Shown: one piece after another, positions 12,648-26,857 of the stretch | Numbering within the stretch: the stretch's first letter is position 1 | How the letters are laid out: each line of letters begins with the position of its first letter | Source: the human T2T-CHM13v2.0 reference genome, Homo sapiens | Assembly: GCF_009914755.1 (NCBI RefSeq) | Contig: NC_060944.1 | Strand: one strand, 5' to 3' | Length of the DNA: 64,000 nucleotides | Made by a program: the position numbers and the translations under genes | The notes under the pieces: generated by a model | What the model saw: the letters and a program-made list of their open reading frames with translations, nothing else | What the model was told of the DNA's origin: nothing | Database searches by the model: none

Positions 12648-15600
12648 CATTCTCAGAAACTTATCTGTGATGTATGTACTCAACTAACAGAACTAAACCA
12701 TCGTTTTGAAGGAGCAGTTTTGAAACACTCTTTTTGCGGAATCTGCAAGTGGATATTTGGCTAGCTGGGAGGATTTCGTTGGAAACGGGATTACATACAA
12801 AAAGCAGACAGCAGCATTCTCAGAAACTTCTTTGTGATGTTTGCATTCAAGTCACAGAGTTGAACATTCCCTTTCATAGAGCAGGTTTGAAACACTCTTT
12901 TTGTAGTATCTGGATGTGGACATTTGGATCGCTTTCAGGCCTATGGTGTGAAAACTAGACAGAAGCATTCTCAGAAACTTATTTGTGATGTGTGCCCTCA
13001 ACTGACAGTGTTGAACCTTTGTTTTGATAGAGCAGCTCTGAAACACACTTTTTGTAATATCTGCAAGAGGATATTTGGATAGCTTTGAGGATTTCGTTGG
13101 AAACGGGAATGTCTTCATGTAAACTCTAGACAGAAGCATTCTCAGAAACTGCTTTGGGATGTTTCAATTGAAGTCCCAGTGTTGAACATTCCCTTTCATA
13201 GAGCAGGTTTGAAACACTCTTTTTGTACTATCTGGAAGTGGACATTTGGAGCGCTTTCAGGTCTACGGTGAAAAAGGAGATATCTTCCAATAAAAACTAG
13301 ATAGAAGCAATGTCAGAACTTTTTTCATGATGTATCTACTCAGCAAACAGAGTTGAACCTTTCTTTTGAGAGAGCAGTTTTGAAACACTCTTTTTGTGGA
13401 ATATGCAAGTGGGTATTAGGCCGGCTTGGAGGATTTCGTTGGAAACGGGAATACGTATAAAAAGCAGACAGCAGCATTGTCAGAAACTACTTTGTGATGT
13501 TTGCATTCAAGTCACAGAATTGAACACCCCCTTTCACAGAGCAGGTTTGAAACACTCTTTTTGTAGTGTCTGTAAGTGAACATTTGGATTGCTTTCAGGC
13601 CTAAGGTGAAAAAGGAAATATCTTCCCATAAAAACTAGACAGAAGCATTCTCAGAAACTTGTTTGTGATGTGTGCCCTCTACTGACAGAGTTGAACCTTT
13701 CTTTGCAAAGAGCAGTTTTGAAACACTCTTTTTGTAGAATCTGCAAGAGGATATTTGGATAGCTTTGAGGATTTCTTGGGAAACGGGAATGTCTTCAGAT
13801 AAACTCTAGACAGAAGCATTCTCAGAAACTTCTTTGGGATGTTGCATTCAAGTCACAGAGTAGAACATTCCCATTCATAGAGCAGATTTGAAACACTCTT
13901 TTTGTAGTATCTGGAAGTGGACATTTGGAGCGCTTTCAGGCCTATGTTGAAAAAGGAAATATCTTCCCATAAAAACTAGACGGAAGCATTCTCAGAAACT
14001 TACTTGTGATGTGTTTGCTCAACTAACAGAATTGAACCATCGTTTTGAAGGAGCAGTTTTGAAACACTGTTTTCGTGGAATCTGCAAGTGGATATTTGGC
14101 TAGCTTTGAGGATTTCGTTGGAAACGGGATTACATATAAAAAGGAGACAGCAGCATTCTCAGAAACTTCTTTGTGATGTCTGCATTCAATTCACAGAGTT
14201 GAGCATTCCCTTTCATAGAGCAGGTTGGAAACACTCTTTTTGTAGTATCTGGATGAGGACATTTGGAGCGCTTTCAGGCCTATGGTGAAAAAGGAAATAT
14301 CTTCCCGTAAAAACTAGACAGAAGCATTCTCAGAAGTTTATTTGTGATGTGTGCCCTCAACTAACAGAGTTGAACCTTTCTTTTGATAGAGCAGTTTTGA
14401 AACACTCTTTTTGTAAAATCTGCAAGAGGATATTTGGATAGCTTTGAGGATTTCGTTGCAAACGGGAATGGCTTCATATAAACTCTAGACAGAAGCATTC
14501 TCAGAAACTTCGTTGGGATGTTTCGATTGAAGTCCCAGTGTTGAACATTCCCTTTTATAGAGCAGGTTGGAAACACTCTTTCTGCATTCCCTGGAAGTGG
14601 ACATTTGGAGCGCTTTCAGGACGACGGTGAAAATGGAAATATCTTCCAATAAAATCTAGATAGAAGCAACGTCAGAAACTTTTATGTGATGGATCTACTC
14701 AGCTAACAGAGTTGAACCTTTCTTTTGAGAGAGCAGTTTTGCAACACTCTTTTTGTGGAATATGCAAGTGGATATTAGGGCAGCTTTGAGGATTTCGTTG
14801 GAAACGGGAATACATGTAAAAAGCAGACAGCAGCATTCTCAGAAACTTCTTTGTGATGTTTGCATTGAAGTCACAGAGTTGAACATTCCCTTTGAGAGAG
14901 CAGGTTTGAAACACGCCTTTTGTCATATCTGGAAGTGTCCATTCGGAGCGCATTCAGGCTTGTGTTGAAAAAGGAAATATCCTCCCATAAAAACTAGACA
15001 GAAGCATTCTCAGAAACTTATCTGTGATGTATGTACTCAACTAACAGAACTAAACCATCGTTTTGAAGGAGCAGTTTTGAAACACTCTTTTTGCGGAATC
15101 TGCAAGTGGATATTTGGCTAGCTGGGAGGATTTCGTTGGAAACGGGATTACATACAAAAAGCAGACAGCAGCATTCTCAGAAACTTCTTTGTGATGTTTG
15201 CATTCAAGTCACAGAGTTGAACATTCCCTTTCATAGAGCAGGTTTGAAACACTCTTTTTGTAGTATCTGGATGTGGACATTTGGATCGCTTTCAGGCCTA
15301 TGGTGTGAAAACTAGACAGAAGCATTCTCAGAAACTTATTTGTGATGTGTGCCCTCAACTGACAGTGTTGAACCTTTGTTTTGATAGAGCAGCTCTGAAA
15401 CACACTTTTTGTAATATCTGCAAGAGGATATTTGGATAGCTTTGAGGATTTCGTTGGAAACGGGAATGTCTTCATGTAAACTCTAGACAGAAGCATTCTC
15501 AGAAACTGCTTTGGGATGTTTCAATTGAAGTCCCAGTGTTGAACATTCCCTTTCATAGAGCAGGTTTGAAACACTCTTTTTGTACTATCTGGAAGTGGAC

Positions 15601-17361
15601 ATTTGGAGCGCTTTCAGGTCTACGGTGAAAAAGGAGATATCTTCCAATAAAAACTAGATAGAAGCAATGTCAGAACTTTTTTCATGATGTATCTACTCAG
15701 CAAACAGAGTTGAACCTTTCTTTTGAGAGAGCAGTTTTGAAACACTCTTTTTGTGGAATATGCAAGTGGGTATTAGGCCGGCTTGGAGGATTTCGTTGGA
15801 AACGGGAATACGTATAAAAAGCAGACAGCAGCATTGTCAGAAACTACTTTGTGATGTTTGCATTCAAGTCACAGAATTGAACACCCCCTTTCACAGAGCA
15901 GGTTTGAAACACTCTTTTTGTAGTGTCTGTAAGTGAACATTTGGATTGCTTTCAGGCCTAAGGTGAAAAAGGAAATATCTTCCCATAAAAACTAGACAGA
16001 AGCATTCTCAGAAACTTGTTTGTGATGTGTGCCCTCTACTGACAGAGTTGAACCTTTCTTTGCAAAGAGCAGTTTTGAAACACTCTTTTTGTAGAATCTG
16101 CAAGAGGATATTTGGATAGCTTTGAGGATTTCTTGGGAAACGGGAATGTCTTCAGATAAACTCTAGACAGAAGCATTCTCAGAAACTTCTTTGGGATGTT
16201 GCATTCAAGTCACAGAGTAGAACATTCCCATTCATAGAGCAGATTTGAAACACTCTTTTTGTAGTATCTGGAAGTGGACATTTGGAGCGCTTTCAGGCCT
16301 ATGTTGAAAAAGGAAATATCTTCCCATAAAAACTAGACGGAAGCATTCTCAGAAACTTACTTGTGATGTGTTTGCTCAACTAACAGAATTGAACCATCGT
16401 TTTGAAGGAGCAGTTTTGAAACACTGTTTTCGTGGAATCTGCAAGTGGATATTTGGCTAGCTTTGAGGATTTCGTTGGAAACGGGATTACATATAAAAAG
16501 GAGACAGCAGCATTCTCAGAAACTTCTTTGTGATGTCTGCATTCAATTCACAGAGTTGAGCATTCCCTTTCATAGAGCAGGTTGGAAACACTCTTTTTGT
16601 AGTATCTGGATGAGGACATTTGGAGCGCTTTCAGGCGTATGGTGAAAAAGGAAATATCTTCCCGTAAAAACTAGACAGAAGCATTCTCAGAAGTTTATTT
16701 GTGATGTGTGCCCTCAACTAACAGAGTTGAACCTTTCTTTTGATAGAGCAGTTTTGAAACACTCTTTTTGTAAAATCTGCAAGAGGATATTTGGATAGCT
16801 TTGAGGATTTCGTTGCAAACGGGAATGGCTTCATATAAACTCTAGACAGAAGCATTCTCAGAAACTTCGTTGGGATGTTTCGATTGAAGTCCCAGTGTTG
16901 AACATTCCCTTTTATAGAGCAGGTTGGAAACACTCTTTCTGCATTCCCTGGAAGTGGACATTTGGAGCGCTTTCAGGACGACGGTGAAAATGGAAATATC
17001 TTCCAATAAAATCTAGATAGAAGCAACGTCAGAAACTTTTATGTGATGGATCTACTCAGCTAACAGAGTTGAACCTTTCTTTTGAGAGAGCAGTTTTGCA
17101 ACACTCTTTTTGTGGAATATGCAAGTGGATATTAGGGCAGCTTTGAGGATTTCGTTGGAAACGGGAATACATGTAAAAAGCAGACAGCAGCATTCTCAGA
17201 AACTTCTTTGTGATGTTTGCATTGAAGTCACAGAGTTGAACATTCCCTTTGAGAGAGCAGGTTTGAAACACGCCTTTTGTCATATCTGGAAGTGTCCATT
17301 CGGAGCGCATTCAGGCTTGTGTTGAAAAAGGAAATATCCTCCCATAAAAACTATACAGAAG
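12648..17361 (+). repeat. H6 and H7, two tandem 14-mers (lacking m8-m9, 20-bp deletion in m2), 2,357 bp each
   Basis: Markers at 12734, 15091 and 17448 are 2,357 bp apart (2719-342-20). m7 joins m10 at 13817 and 16174. Confidence 0.93.
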
Positions 17362-20300
17362 CATTCTCAGAAACTTATTTGTGATGTATGTACTCAACTA
17401 ACGGAACTAAACCATCGTTTTGAAGGAGCAGTTTTGAAACACTGTTTTTGCGGAATCTGCAAGTGGATATTTGGCTAGCTGGGAGGATTTCGTTGGAAAC
17501 CGGATTACATACAAAAAGCAGAGAGCAGCATTCTCAGAAACTTCTTTGTGATGTTTGCATTCAAGTCACAGAGTTGAACATTCCCTTTCATAGAGCAGGT
17601 TTGAAACACTCTTTTTGTAGTATCTGGATGTGGACATTTGGATCGCTTTCAGGCCTATGGTGAAAAAGGAAATATCTTCCCATGAAAACTAGACAGAAGC
17701 ATTCTCAGAAACTTATTTGTGATGTGTGCCCTCAACTGACAGTGTTGAACCTTTGTTTTGATAGAGCAGTTCTGAAACACACTTTTTGTAAAATCTGCAA
17801 GAGGATATTTGGATAGCTTTGAGGATTTCGTTGGAAACGGGAATGTCTTCATGTAAACTCTAGACAGAAGCATTCTCAGAAACTGCTTTGGGATGTTTCA
17901 ATTGAAGTCCCAGTGTTGAACATTCCCTTTCATAGAGCAGGTTTGAAACACTCTTTTTGTACTATCTGGAAGTGGACATTTGGAGCGCTTTCAGGTCTAC
18001 GGTGAAAAAGGAGATATCTTCCAATAAAAACTAGATAGAAGCAATGTCAGAACTTTTTTCATGATGTATCTCCTCAGCAAACAGAGTTGAACCTTTCTTT
18101 TGAGAGAGCAGTTTTGAAACACTCTTTTTGTGGAATATGCAAGTGGGTATTAGGCCAGCTTGGAGGATTTCGTTGGAAACGGGAATACGTATAAAAAGCA
18201 GACAGCAGCATTGTCAGAAACTACTTTGTGATGTTTGCATTCAAGTCACAGAATTGAACACTCCCTTTCACAGAGCAGGTTTGAAACACTCTTTTTGTAG
18301 TGTCTGTAAGTGAACATTTGGATTGCTTTCAGGCCTAAGGTGAAAAAGGAAATATCTTCCCATAAAAACTAGACAGAAGCATTCTCAGAAACTTGTTTGT
18401 GATGTGTGCCCTCTACTGACAGAGTTGAACCTTTCTTTGCAAAGAGCAGTTTTGAAACACTCTTTTTGTAGAATCTGCAAGAGGATATTTGGATAGCTTT
18501 GAGGATTTCTTGGGAAACGGGAATGTCTTCAGATAAACTCTAGACAGAAGCATTCTCAGAAACTTCTTTGGGATGTTTCAATTGAAGTCACAGTGTTGAA
18601 CATTCCCTTTCACAGAGCAGGTTTGAAACACTCTTTTTGTAGTGACTATAAGTGAACATTTGGCGTGCTTTCAGGCCTAACGTGAAAAAGGAAATATCTT
18701 CCCATAAAAACTAGACAGAAGCATTCTCAGAAACTTGTTCGTGATGTGTGCCCTCTACTGACAGAGTTGAACCTTTCTTTGCAAAGAGCAGCTTTGAAAC
18801 ACTCTTTTTGTAGAATCTGCAAGAGGATATTTGGATACCTTTGAGGATTTCGTTGGAAAAGGGTATGTCTTAAGATAAATTCTAGACAGAAGCATTCTCA
18901 GAAACTTCTTTGGGATGTTGCATACAAGTCACAGAGTAGAACATTCCCATTCATAGAGCAGATTTGAAACACTATTTTTGTAGTATCTGGAAGTGGACAT
19001 TTGGAGCGCTTTCAGGCCTATGTTGAAAAAGGAAATATCTTCCCATAAAAACTAGACCGAAGCATTCTCAGAAACTTACTTGTGATGTGTTTGCTCAACT
19101 AACAGAATTGAACCATCGTTTTGAAGGAGCAGTTTTGAAACACTGTTTTCGTGGAATCTGCAAGTGGATATTTGGCTAGCTTTGAGGATTTCGTTGGAAA
19201 CGGGATTACATATAAAAAGGAGACAGCAGCATTCTCAGAAACTTCTTTGTGATGTCTGCATTCAAGTCACAGGGTTGAGCATTCCCTTTCATAGAGCAGG
19301 TTGGAAACACTCTTTTTGTAGTATCTGGATGAGGACATTTGGAGCGCTTTCAGGCGTATGGTGAAAAAGGAAATATCTTCCCGTAAAAACTAGACAGAAG
19401 CATTCTCAGAAATTTATTTGTGATGTGTGCCCTCAACTAACAGAGTTGAACCTTTCTTTTGATAGAGCAGTTTTGAAACACTCTTTTTGTAAAATCTGCA
19501 AGAGGATATTTGGATAGCTTTGAGGATTTCGTTGCAAACGGGAATGGCTTCATATAAACTCTAGACAGAAGCATTCTCAGAAACTTCTTTGGGATGTTTC
19601 GATTGAAGTCCCAGTGTTGAACATTCCCTTTTATAGAGCAGGTTGGAAACACTCTTTCTGCATTCCCTGGAAGTGGACATTTGGAGCGCTTTCAGGACGA
19701 CGGTGAAAATGGAAATATCTTCCAATAAAATCTAGATAGAAGCAACGTCAGAAACTTTTATGTGATGGATCTACTCAGCTAACAGAGTTGAACCTTTCTT
19801 TTGAGAGAGCAGTTTTGCAACACTCTTTTTGTGGAATATGCAAGTGGATATTAGGGCAGCTTTGAGGATTTCGTTGGAAACGGGAATACATGTAAAAAGC
19901 AGACAGCAGCATTCTCAGAAACTTCTTTGTGATGTTTGCATTGAAGTCACAGAGTTGAACATTCCATTTGAGAGAGCAGGATTGAAACACGCCTTTTGTC
20001 ATATCTGGAAGTGTCCATTCGGAGCGCATTCAGGCTTGTGTTGAAAAAGGAAATATCCTCCCATAAAAACTATACAGAAGCATTCTCAGAAACTTATTTG
20101 TGATGTATGTACTCAACTAACAGAACTAAACCATCGTTTTGAAGGAGCAGTTTTGAAACACTGTTTTTGCGGAATCTGCAAGTGGATATTTGGCTAGCTG
20201 GGAGGATTTCGTTGGAAACGGGATTACATACAAAAAGCAGAGAGCAGCATTCTCAGAAACTTCTTTGTGATGTTTGCATTCAAGTCACAGAGTTGAACAT

Positions 20301-22799
20301 TCCCTTTCATAGAGCAGGTTTGAAACACTCTTTTTGTAATATCTGGATGTGGACATTTGGATCGATTTCAGGCCTATGGTGAAAAAGGAAATATCTTCCA
20401 ATGAAAACTAGACAGAAGCATTCTCAGAAACTTATTTGTGATGTGTGCCCTCAACTGACAGTGTTGAACCTTTGTTTTGATAGAGCAGTTCTGAAACACA
20501 CTTTTTGTAAAATCTGCAAGAGGATATTTGGATAGCTTTGAGGATTTCGTTGGAAACGGGAATGTCTTCATGTAAACTCTAGACAGAAGCATTCTCAGAA
20601 ACTGCTTTGGGATGTTTCAATTGAAGTCCCAGTGTTGAACATTCCCTTTCATAGAGCAGGTTTGAAACACTCTTTTTGTACTATCTGGAAGTGGACATTT
20701 GTAGCGCTTTCAGGTCTACGGTGAAAAAGGAGATATCTTCCAATAAAAACTACATAGAAGCAATGTCAGAACTTTTTTCATGATGTATCTACTCAGCAAA
20801 CAGAGTTGAACCTTTCTTTTGAGAGAGCAGTTTTGAAACACTCTTTTTGTGGAATATGCAAGTGGGTATTAGGCCGGCTTGGAGGATTTCGTTGGAAACG
20901 GGAATACGTATAAAAAGCAGACAGCAGCATTGTCAGAAACTACTTTGTGATGTTTGCATTCAAGTCACAGAATGGAACACTCCCTTTCACAGAGCAGGTT
21001 TGAAACACTCTTTTTGTAGTGTCTGTAAGTGAACATTTGGATTGCTTTCAGGCCTAAGGTGAAAAAGGAAATATCTTCCCATAAAAACTAGACAGAAGCA
21101 TTCTCAGAAACTTGTTTGTGATGTGTGCCCTCTACTGACAGAGTTGAACCTTTCTTTGCAAAGAGCAGTTTTGAAACACTCTTTTTGTAGAATCTGCAAA
21201 AGGATATTTGGATATCTTTGAGGATTTCTTGGGAAACGGGAATGTCTTCAGATAAACTCTAGACAGAAGCATTCTCAGAAACTTCTTTGGGATGTTTCAA
21301 TTGAAGTCACAGTGTTGAACATTCCCTTTCACAGAGCAGGTTTGAAACACTCTTTTTGTAGTGTCTATAAGTGAACATTTGGCGTGCTTTCAGGCGTAAC
21401 GTGAAAAAGGAAATATCTTCCCATAAAAGCTAGACAGAAGCATTCTCAGAAACTTGTTTGTGATGTGTGCCCTCTACTGACAGAGTTGAACCTTTCTTTG
21501 CAAAGAGCAGCTTTGAAACACTCTTTTTGTAGAATCTGCAAGAGGATATTTGGATAGCTTTGAGGATTTTGTTGGAAACGGGTATGTCTTCAGATAAACT
21601 CTAGACAGAAGCATTCTCAGAAACTTCTTTGAGATGTTGCATTCAAGTCACAGAGTAGAACATTCCCATTCATAGAGCAGATTTGAAACACTCTTTTTGT
21701 AGTATCTGGAAGTGGACATTTGGAGCGCTTTCAGGCCTATGTTGAAAAAGGAAATATCTTCCCATAAAAACTAGACGGAAGCATTCTCAGAAACTTACTT
21801 GTGATGTGTTTGCTCAACTAACAGAATTGAACCATCGTTTTGAAGGAGCAGTTTTGAAACACTGTTTTCGTGGAATCTGCAAGTGGATATTTGGCTAGCT
21901 TTGAGGATTTCGTTGGAAACGGGATTACATATAAAAAGGAGACAGCAGCATTCTCAGAAACTTCTTTGTGATGTCTGCATTCAAGTCACAGGGTTGAGCA
22001 TTCCCTTTCATAGAGCAGGTTGGAAACACTCTTTTTGTAGTATCTGGATGAGGACATTTGGAGCGCTTTCAGGCGTATGGTGAAAAAGGAAATATCTTCC
22101 CGTAAAAACTAGACAGAAGCATTCTCAGAAATTTATTTGTGATGTGTGCCCTCAACTAACAGAGTTGAACCTTTCTTTTGATAGAGCAGTTTTGAAACAC
22201 TCTTTTTGTAAAATCTGCAAGAGGATATTTGGATAGCTTTGAGGATTTCGTTGCAAACGGGAATGGCTTCATATAAACTCTAGACAGAAGCATTCTCAGA
22301 AACTTCTTTGGGATGTTTCGATTGAAGTCCCAGTGTTGAACATTCCCTTTTATAGAGCAGGTTGGAAACACTCTTTCTGCATTCCCTGGAAGTGGACATT
22401 TGGAGCGCTTTCAGGACGACGGTGAAAATGGAAATATCTTCCAATAAAATCTAGATAGAAGCAACGTCAGAAACTTTTATGTGATGGATCTACTCAGCTA
22501 ACAGAGTTGAACCTTTCTTTTGAGAGAGCAGTTTTGCAACACTCTTTTTGTGGAATATGCAAGTGGATATTAGGGCAGCTTTGAGGATTTCGTTGGAAAC
22601 GGGAATACATGTAAAAAGCAGACAGCAGCATTCTCAGAAACTTCTTTGTGATGTTTGCATTGAAGTCACAGAGTTGAACATTCCATTTGAGAGAGCAGGA
22701 TTGAAACACGCCTTTTGTCATATCTGGAAGTGTCCATTCGGAGCGCATTCAGGCTTGTGTTGAAAAAGGAAATATCCTCCCATAAAAACTATACAGAAG
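17362..22799 (+). repeat. H8 and H9, two canonical-length 16-mers
   Basis: Markers at 17448, 20167 and 22886 are 2,719 bp apart. Confidence 0.94.
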
Positions 22800-24500
22800 C
22801 ATTCTCAGAAACTTATTTGTGATGTATGTACTCAACTAACAGAACTAAACCATCGTTTTGAAGGAGCAGTTTTGAAACACTGTTTTTGCGGAATCTGCAA
22901 GTGGATATTTGGCTAGCTGGGAGGATTTCGTTGGAAACGGGATTACATACAAAAAGCAGACAGCAGCATTCTCAGAAACTTCTTTGTGATGTTTGCATTC
23001 AAGTCACAGAGTTGAACATTCCCTTTCATAGAGCAGGTTTGAAACACTCTTTTTGTAATATCTGGATGTGGACATTTGGATCGATTTCAGGCCTATGGTG
23101 AAAAAGGAAATATCTTCCCATGAAAACTAGACAGAAGCATTCTCAGAAACTTATTTGTGATGTGTGCCCTCAACTGACAGTGTTGAACCTTTGTTTTGAT
23201 AGAGCAGTTCTGAAACACACTTTTTGTAAAATCTGCAAGAGGATATTTGGATAGCTTTGAGGATTTCGTTGGAAACGGGAATGTCTTCATGTAAACTCTA
23301 GACAGAAGCATTCTCAGAAACTGCTTTGGGATGTTTCAATTGAAGTCCCAGTGTTGAACATTCCCTTTCATAGAGCAGGTTTGAAACACTCTTTTTGTAC
23401 TATCTGGAAGTGGACATTTGGAGCGCTTTCAGGTCTACGGTGAAAAAGGAGATATCTTCCAATAAAAACTACATAGAAGGAATGTCAGAACATTTTTCAT
23501 GATGTATCTACTCAGCAAACAGAGTTGAACCTTTCTTTTGAGAGAGCAGTTTTGAAACACTCTTTTTGTGGAATATGCAAGTGGGTATTAGGCCGGCTTG
23601 GAGGATTTCGTTGGAAACGGGAATACGTATAAAAAGCAGACAGCAGCATTGTCAGAAAGTACTTTGTGATGTTTGCATTCAAGTCACAGAATTGAACACT
23701 CCCTTTCACAGAGCAGGTTTGAAACACTCTTTTTGTAGTGTCTGTAAGTGAACATTTGGATTGCTTTCAGGCCTAAGGTGAAAAAGGAAATATCTTCCCA
23801 TAAAAACTAGACAGAAGCATTCTCAGAAACTTGTTTGTGATGTGTGCCCTCTACTGACAGAGTTGAACCTTTCTTTGCAAAGAGCAGTTTTGAAACACTC
23901 TTTTTGTAGAATCTGCAAAAGGATATTTGGATAGCTTTGAGGATTTCTTGGGAAACGGGAATGTCTTCAGATAAACTCTAGACAGAAGCATTCTCAGAAA
24001 CTTCTTTGGGATGTTTCAATTGAAGTCACAGTGTTGAACATTCCCTTTCACAGAGCAGGTTTGAAACACTCTTTTTGTAGTGTCTATAAGTGAACATTTG
24101 GCGTGCTTTCAGGCGTAACGTGAAAAAGGAAATATCTTCCCATAAAAGCTAGACAGAAGCTTTCTCAGAAACTTGTTTGTGATGTGTGCCCTCTACTGAC
24201 AGAGTTGAACCTTTCTTTGCAAAGAGCAGCTTTGAAACACTCTTTTTGTAGAATCTGCAAGAGGATATTTGGATAGCTTTGAGGATTTTGTTGGAAACGG
24301 GTATGTCTTCAGATAAACTCTAGACAGAAGCATTCTCAGAAACTTCTTTGAGATGTTGCATTCAAGTCACAGAGTAGAACATTCCCATTCATAGAGCAGA
24401 TTTGAAACACTCTTTTTGTAGTATCTGGAAGTGGACATTTGGAGCGCTTTCAGGCCTATGTTGAAAAAGGAAATATCTTCCCATAAAAACTAGACGGAAG
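22800..24500 (+). repeat. H10, 10-mer (m1-m10), 1,701 bp
   Basis: Followed by m11 (24501) and then directly by m2, so m12-m16 and m1 are skipped. Confidence 0.88.
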
Positions 24501-26857
24501 CATTCTCAGAAACTTACTTGTGATGTGTTTGCTCAACTAACAGAATTGAACCATCGTTTTGAAGGAGCAGTTTTGAAACACTGTTTTCGTGGAATCTGCA
24601 AGTGGATATTTGGCTAGCTTTGAGGATTTCGTTGGAAACGGGATTACATATAAAAAGGAGACAGCAGCATTCTCAGAAACTTCTTTGTGATGTTTGCATT
24701 CAAGTCACAGAGTTGAACATTCCCTTTCATAGAGCAGGTTTGAAACACTCTTTTTGTAGTATCTGGATGTGGACATTTGGATCGCTTTCAGGCCTATGGT
24801 GTGAAAACTAGACAGAAGCATTCTCAGAAACTTATTTGTGATGTGTGCCCTCAACTGACAGTGTTGAACCTTTGTTTTGATAGAGCAGCTCTGAAACACA
24901 CTTTTTGTAATATCTGCAAGAGGATATTTGGATAGCTTTGAGGATTTCGTTGGAAACGGGAATGTCTTCATGTAAACTCTAGACAGAAGCATTCTCAGAA
25001 ACTGCTTTGGGATGTTTCAATTGAAGTCCCAGTGTTGAACATTCCCTTTCATAGAGCAGGTTTGAAACACTCTTTTTGTACTATCTGGAAGTGGACATTT
25101 GGAGCGCTTTCAGGTCTACGGTGAAAAAGGAGATATCTTCCAATAAAAACTAGATAGAAGCAATGTCAGAACTTTTTTCATGATGTATCTACTCAGCAAA
25201 CAGAGTTGAACCTTTCTTTTGAGAGAGCAGTTTTGAAACACTCTTTTTGTGGAATATGCAAGTGGGTATTAGGCCAGCTTGGAGGATTTCGTTGGAAACG
25301 GGAATACGTATAAAAAGCAGACAGCAGCATTGTCAGAAACTACTTTGTGATGTTTGCATTCAAGTCACAGAATTGAACACCCCCTTTCACAGAGCAGGTT
25401 TGAAACACTCTTTTTGTAGTGTCTGTAAGTGAACATTTGGATTGCTTTCAGGCCTAAGGTGAAAAAGGAAATATCTTCCCATAAAAACTAGACAGAAGCA
25501 TTCTCAGAAACTTGTTTGTGATGTGTGCCCTCTACTGACAGAGTTGAACCTTTCTTTGGAAAGAGCAGTTTTGAAACACTCTTTTTGTAGAATCTGCAAG
25601 AGGATATTTGGATAGCTTTGAGGATTTCTTGGGAAACGGGAATGTCTTCAGATAAACTCTAGACAGAAGCATTCTCAGAAACTTCTTTGGGATGTTGCAT
25701 TCAAGTCACAGAGTAGAACATTCCCATTCATAGAGCAGATTTGAAACACTCTTTTTGTAGTATCTGGAAGTGGACATTTGGAGCGCTTTCAGGCCTATGT
25801 TGAAAAAGGAAATATCTTCCCATAAAAACTAGACGGAAGCATTCTCAGAAACTTACTTGTGATGTGTTTGCTCAACTAACAGAATTGAACCATCGTTTTG
25901 AAGGAGCAGTTTTGAAACACTGTTTTCGTGGAATCTGCAAGTGGATATTTGGCTAGCTTTGAGGATTTCGTTGGAAACGGGATTACATATAAAAAGGAGA
26001 CAGCAGCATTCTCAGAAACTTCTTTGTGATGTCTGCATTCAATTCACAGAGTTGAGCATTCCCTTTCATAGAGCAGGTTGGAAACACTCTTTTTGTAGTA
26101 TCTGGATGAGGACATTTGGAGCGCTTTCAGGCCTATGGTGAAAAAGGAAATATCTTCCCGTAAAAACTAGACAGAAGCATTCTCAGAAGTTTATTTGTGA
26201 TGTGTGCCCTCAACTAACAGAGTTGAACCTTTCTTTTGATAGAGCAGTTTTGAAACACTCTTTTTGTAAAATCTGCAAGAGGATATTTGGATAGCTTTGA
26301 GGATTTCGTTGCAAACGGGAATGGCTTCATATAAACTCTAGACAGAAGCATTCTCAGAAACTTCGTTGGGATGTTTCGATTGAAGTCCCAGTGTTGAACA
26401 TTCCCTTTTATAGAGCAGGTTGGAAACACTCTTTCTGCATTCCCTGGAAGTGGACATTTGGAGTGCTTTCAGGACGACGGTGAAAATGGAAATATCTTCC
26501 AATAAAATCTAGATAGAAGCAACGTCAGAAACTTTTATGTGATGGATCTACTCAGCTAAGAGAGTTGAACCTTTCTTTTGAGAGAGCAGTTTTGCAACAC
26601 TCTTTTTGTGGAATATGCAAGTGGATATTAGGGCAGCTTTGAGGATTTCGTTGGAAACGGGAATACATGTAAAAAGCAGACAGCAGCATTCTCAGAAACT
26701 TCTTTGTGATGTTTGCATTGAAGTCACAGAGTTGAACATTCCCTTTGAGAGAGCAGGTTTGAAACACGCCTTTTGTCATATCTGGAAGTGTCCATTCGGA
26801 GCGCATTCAGGCTTGTGTTGAAAAAGGAAATATCCTCCCATAAAAACTATACAGAAG
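24501..26857 (+). repeat. H11, 14-mer with m11 in place of m1 (m11, m2-del20, m3-m7, m10-m16), 2,357 bp
   Basis: The hybrid ORF at 24602 has an m11-type start and an m2-del20 end; 1701+2357=4058 equals the marker gap 22886-26944. Confidence 0.88.
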
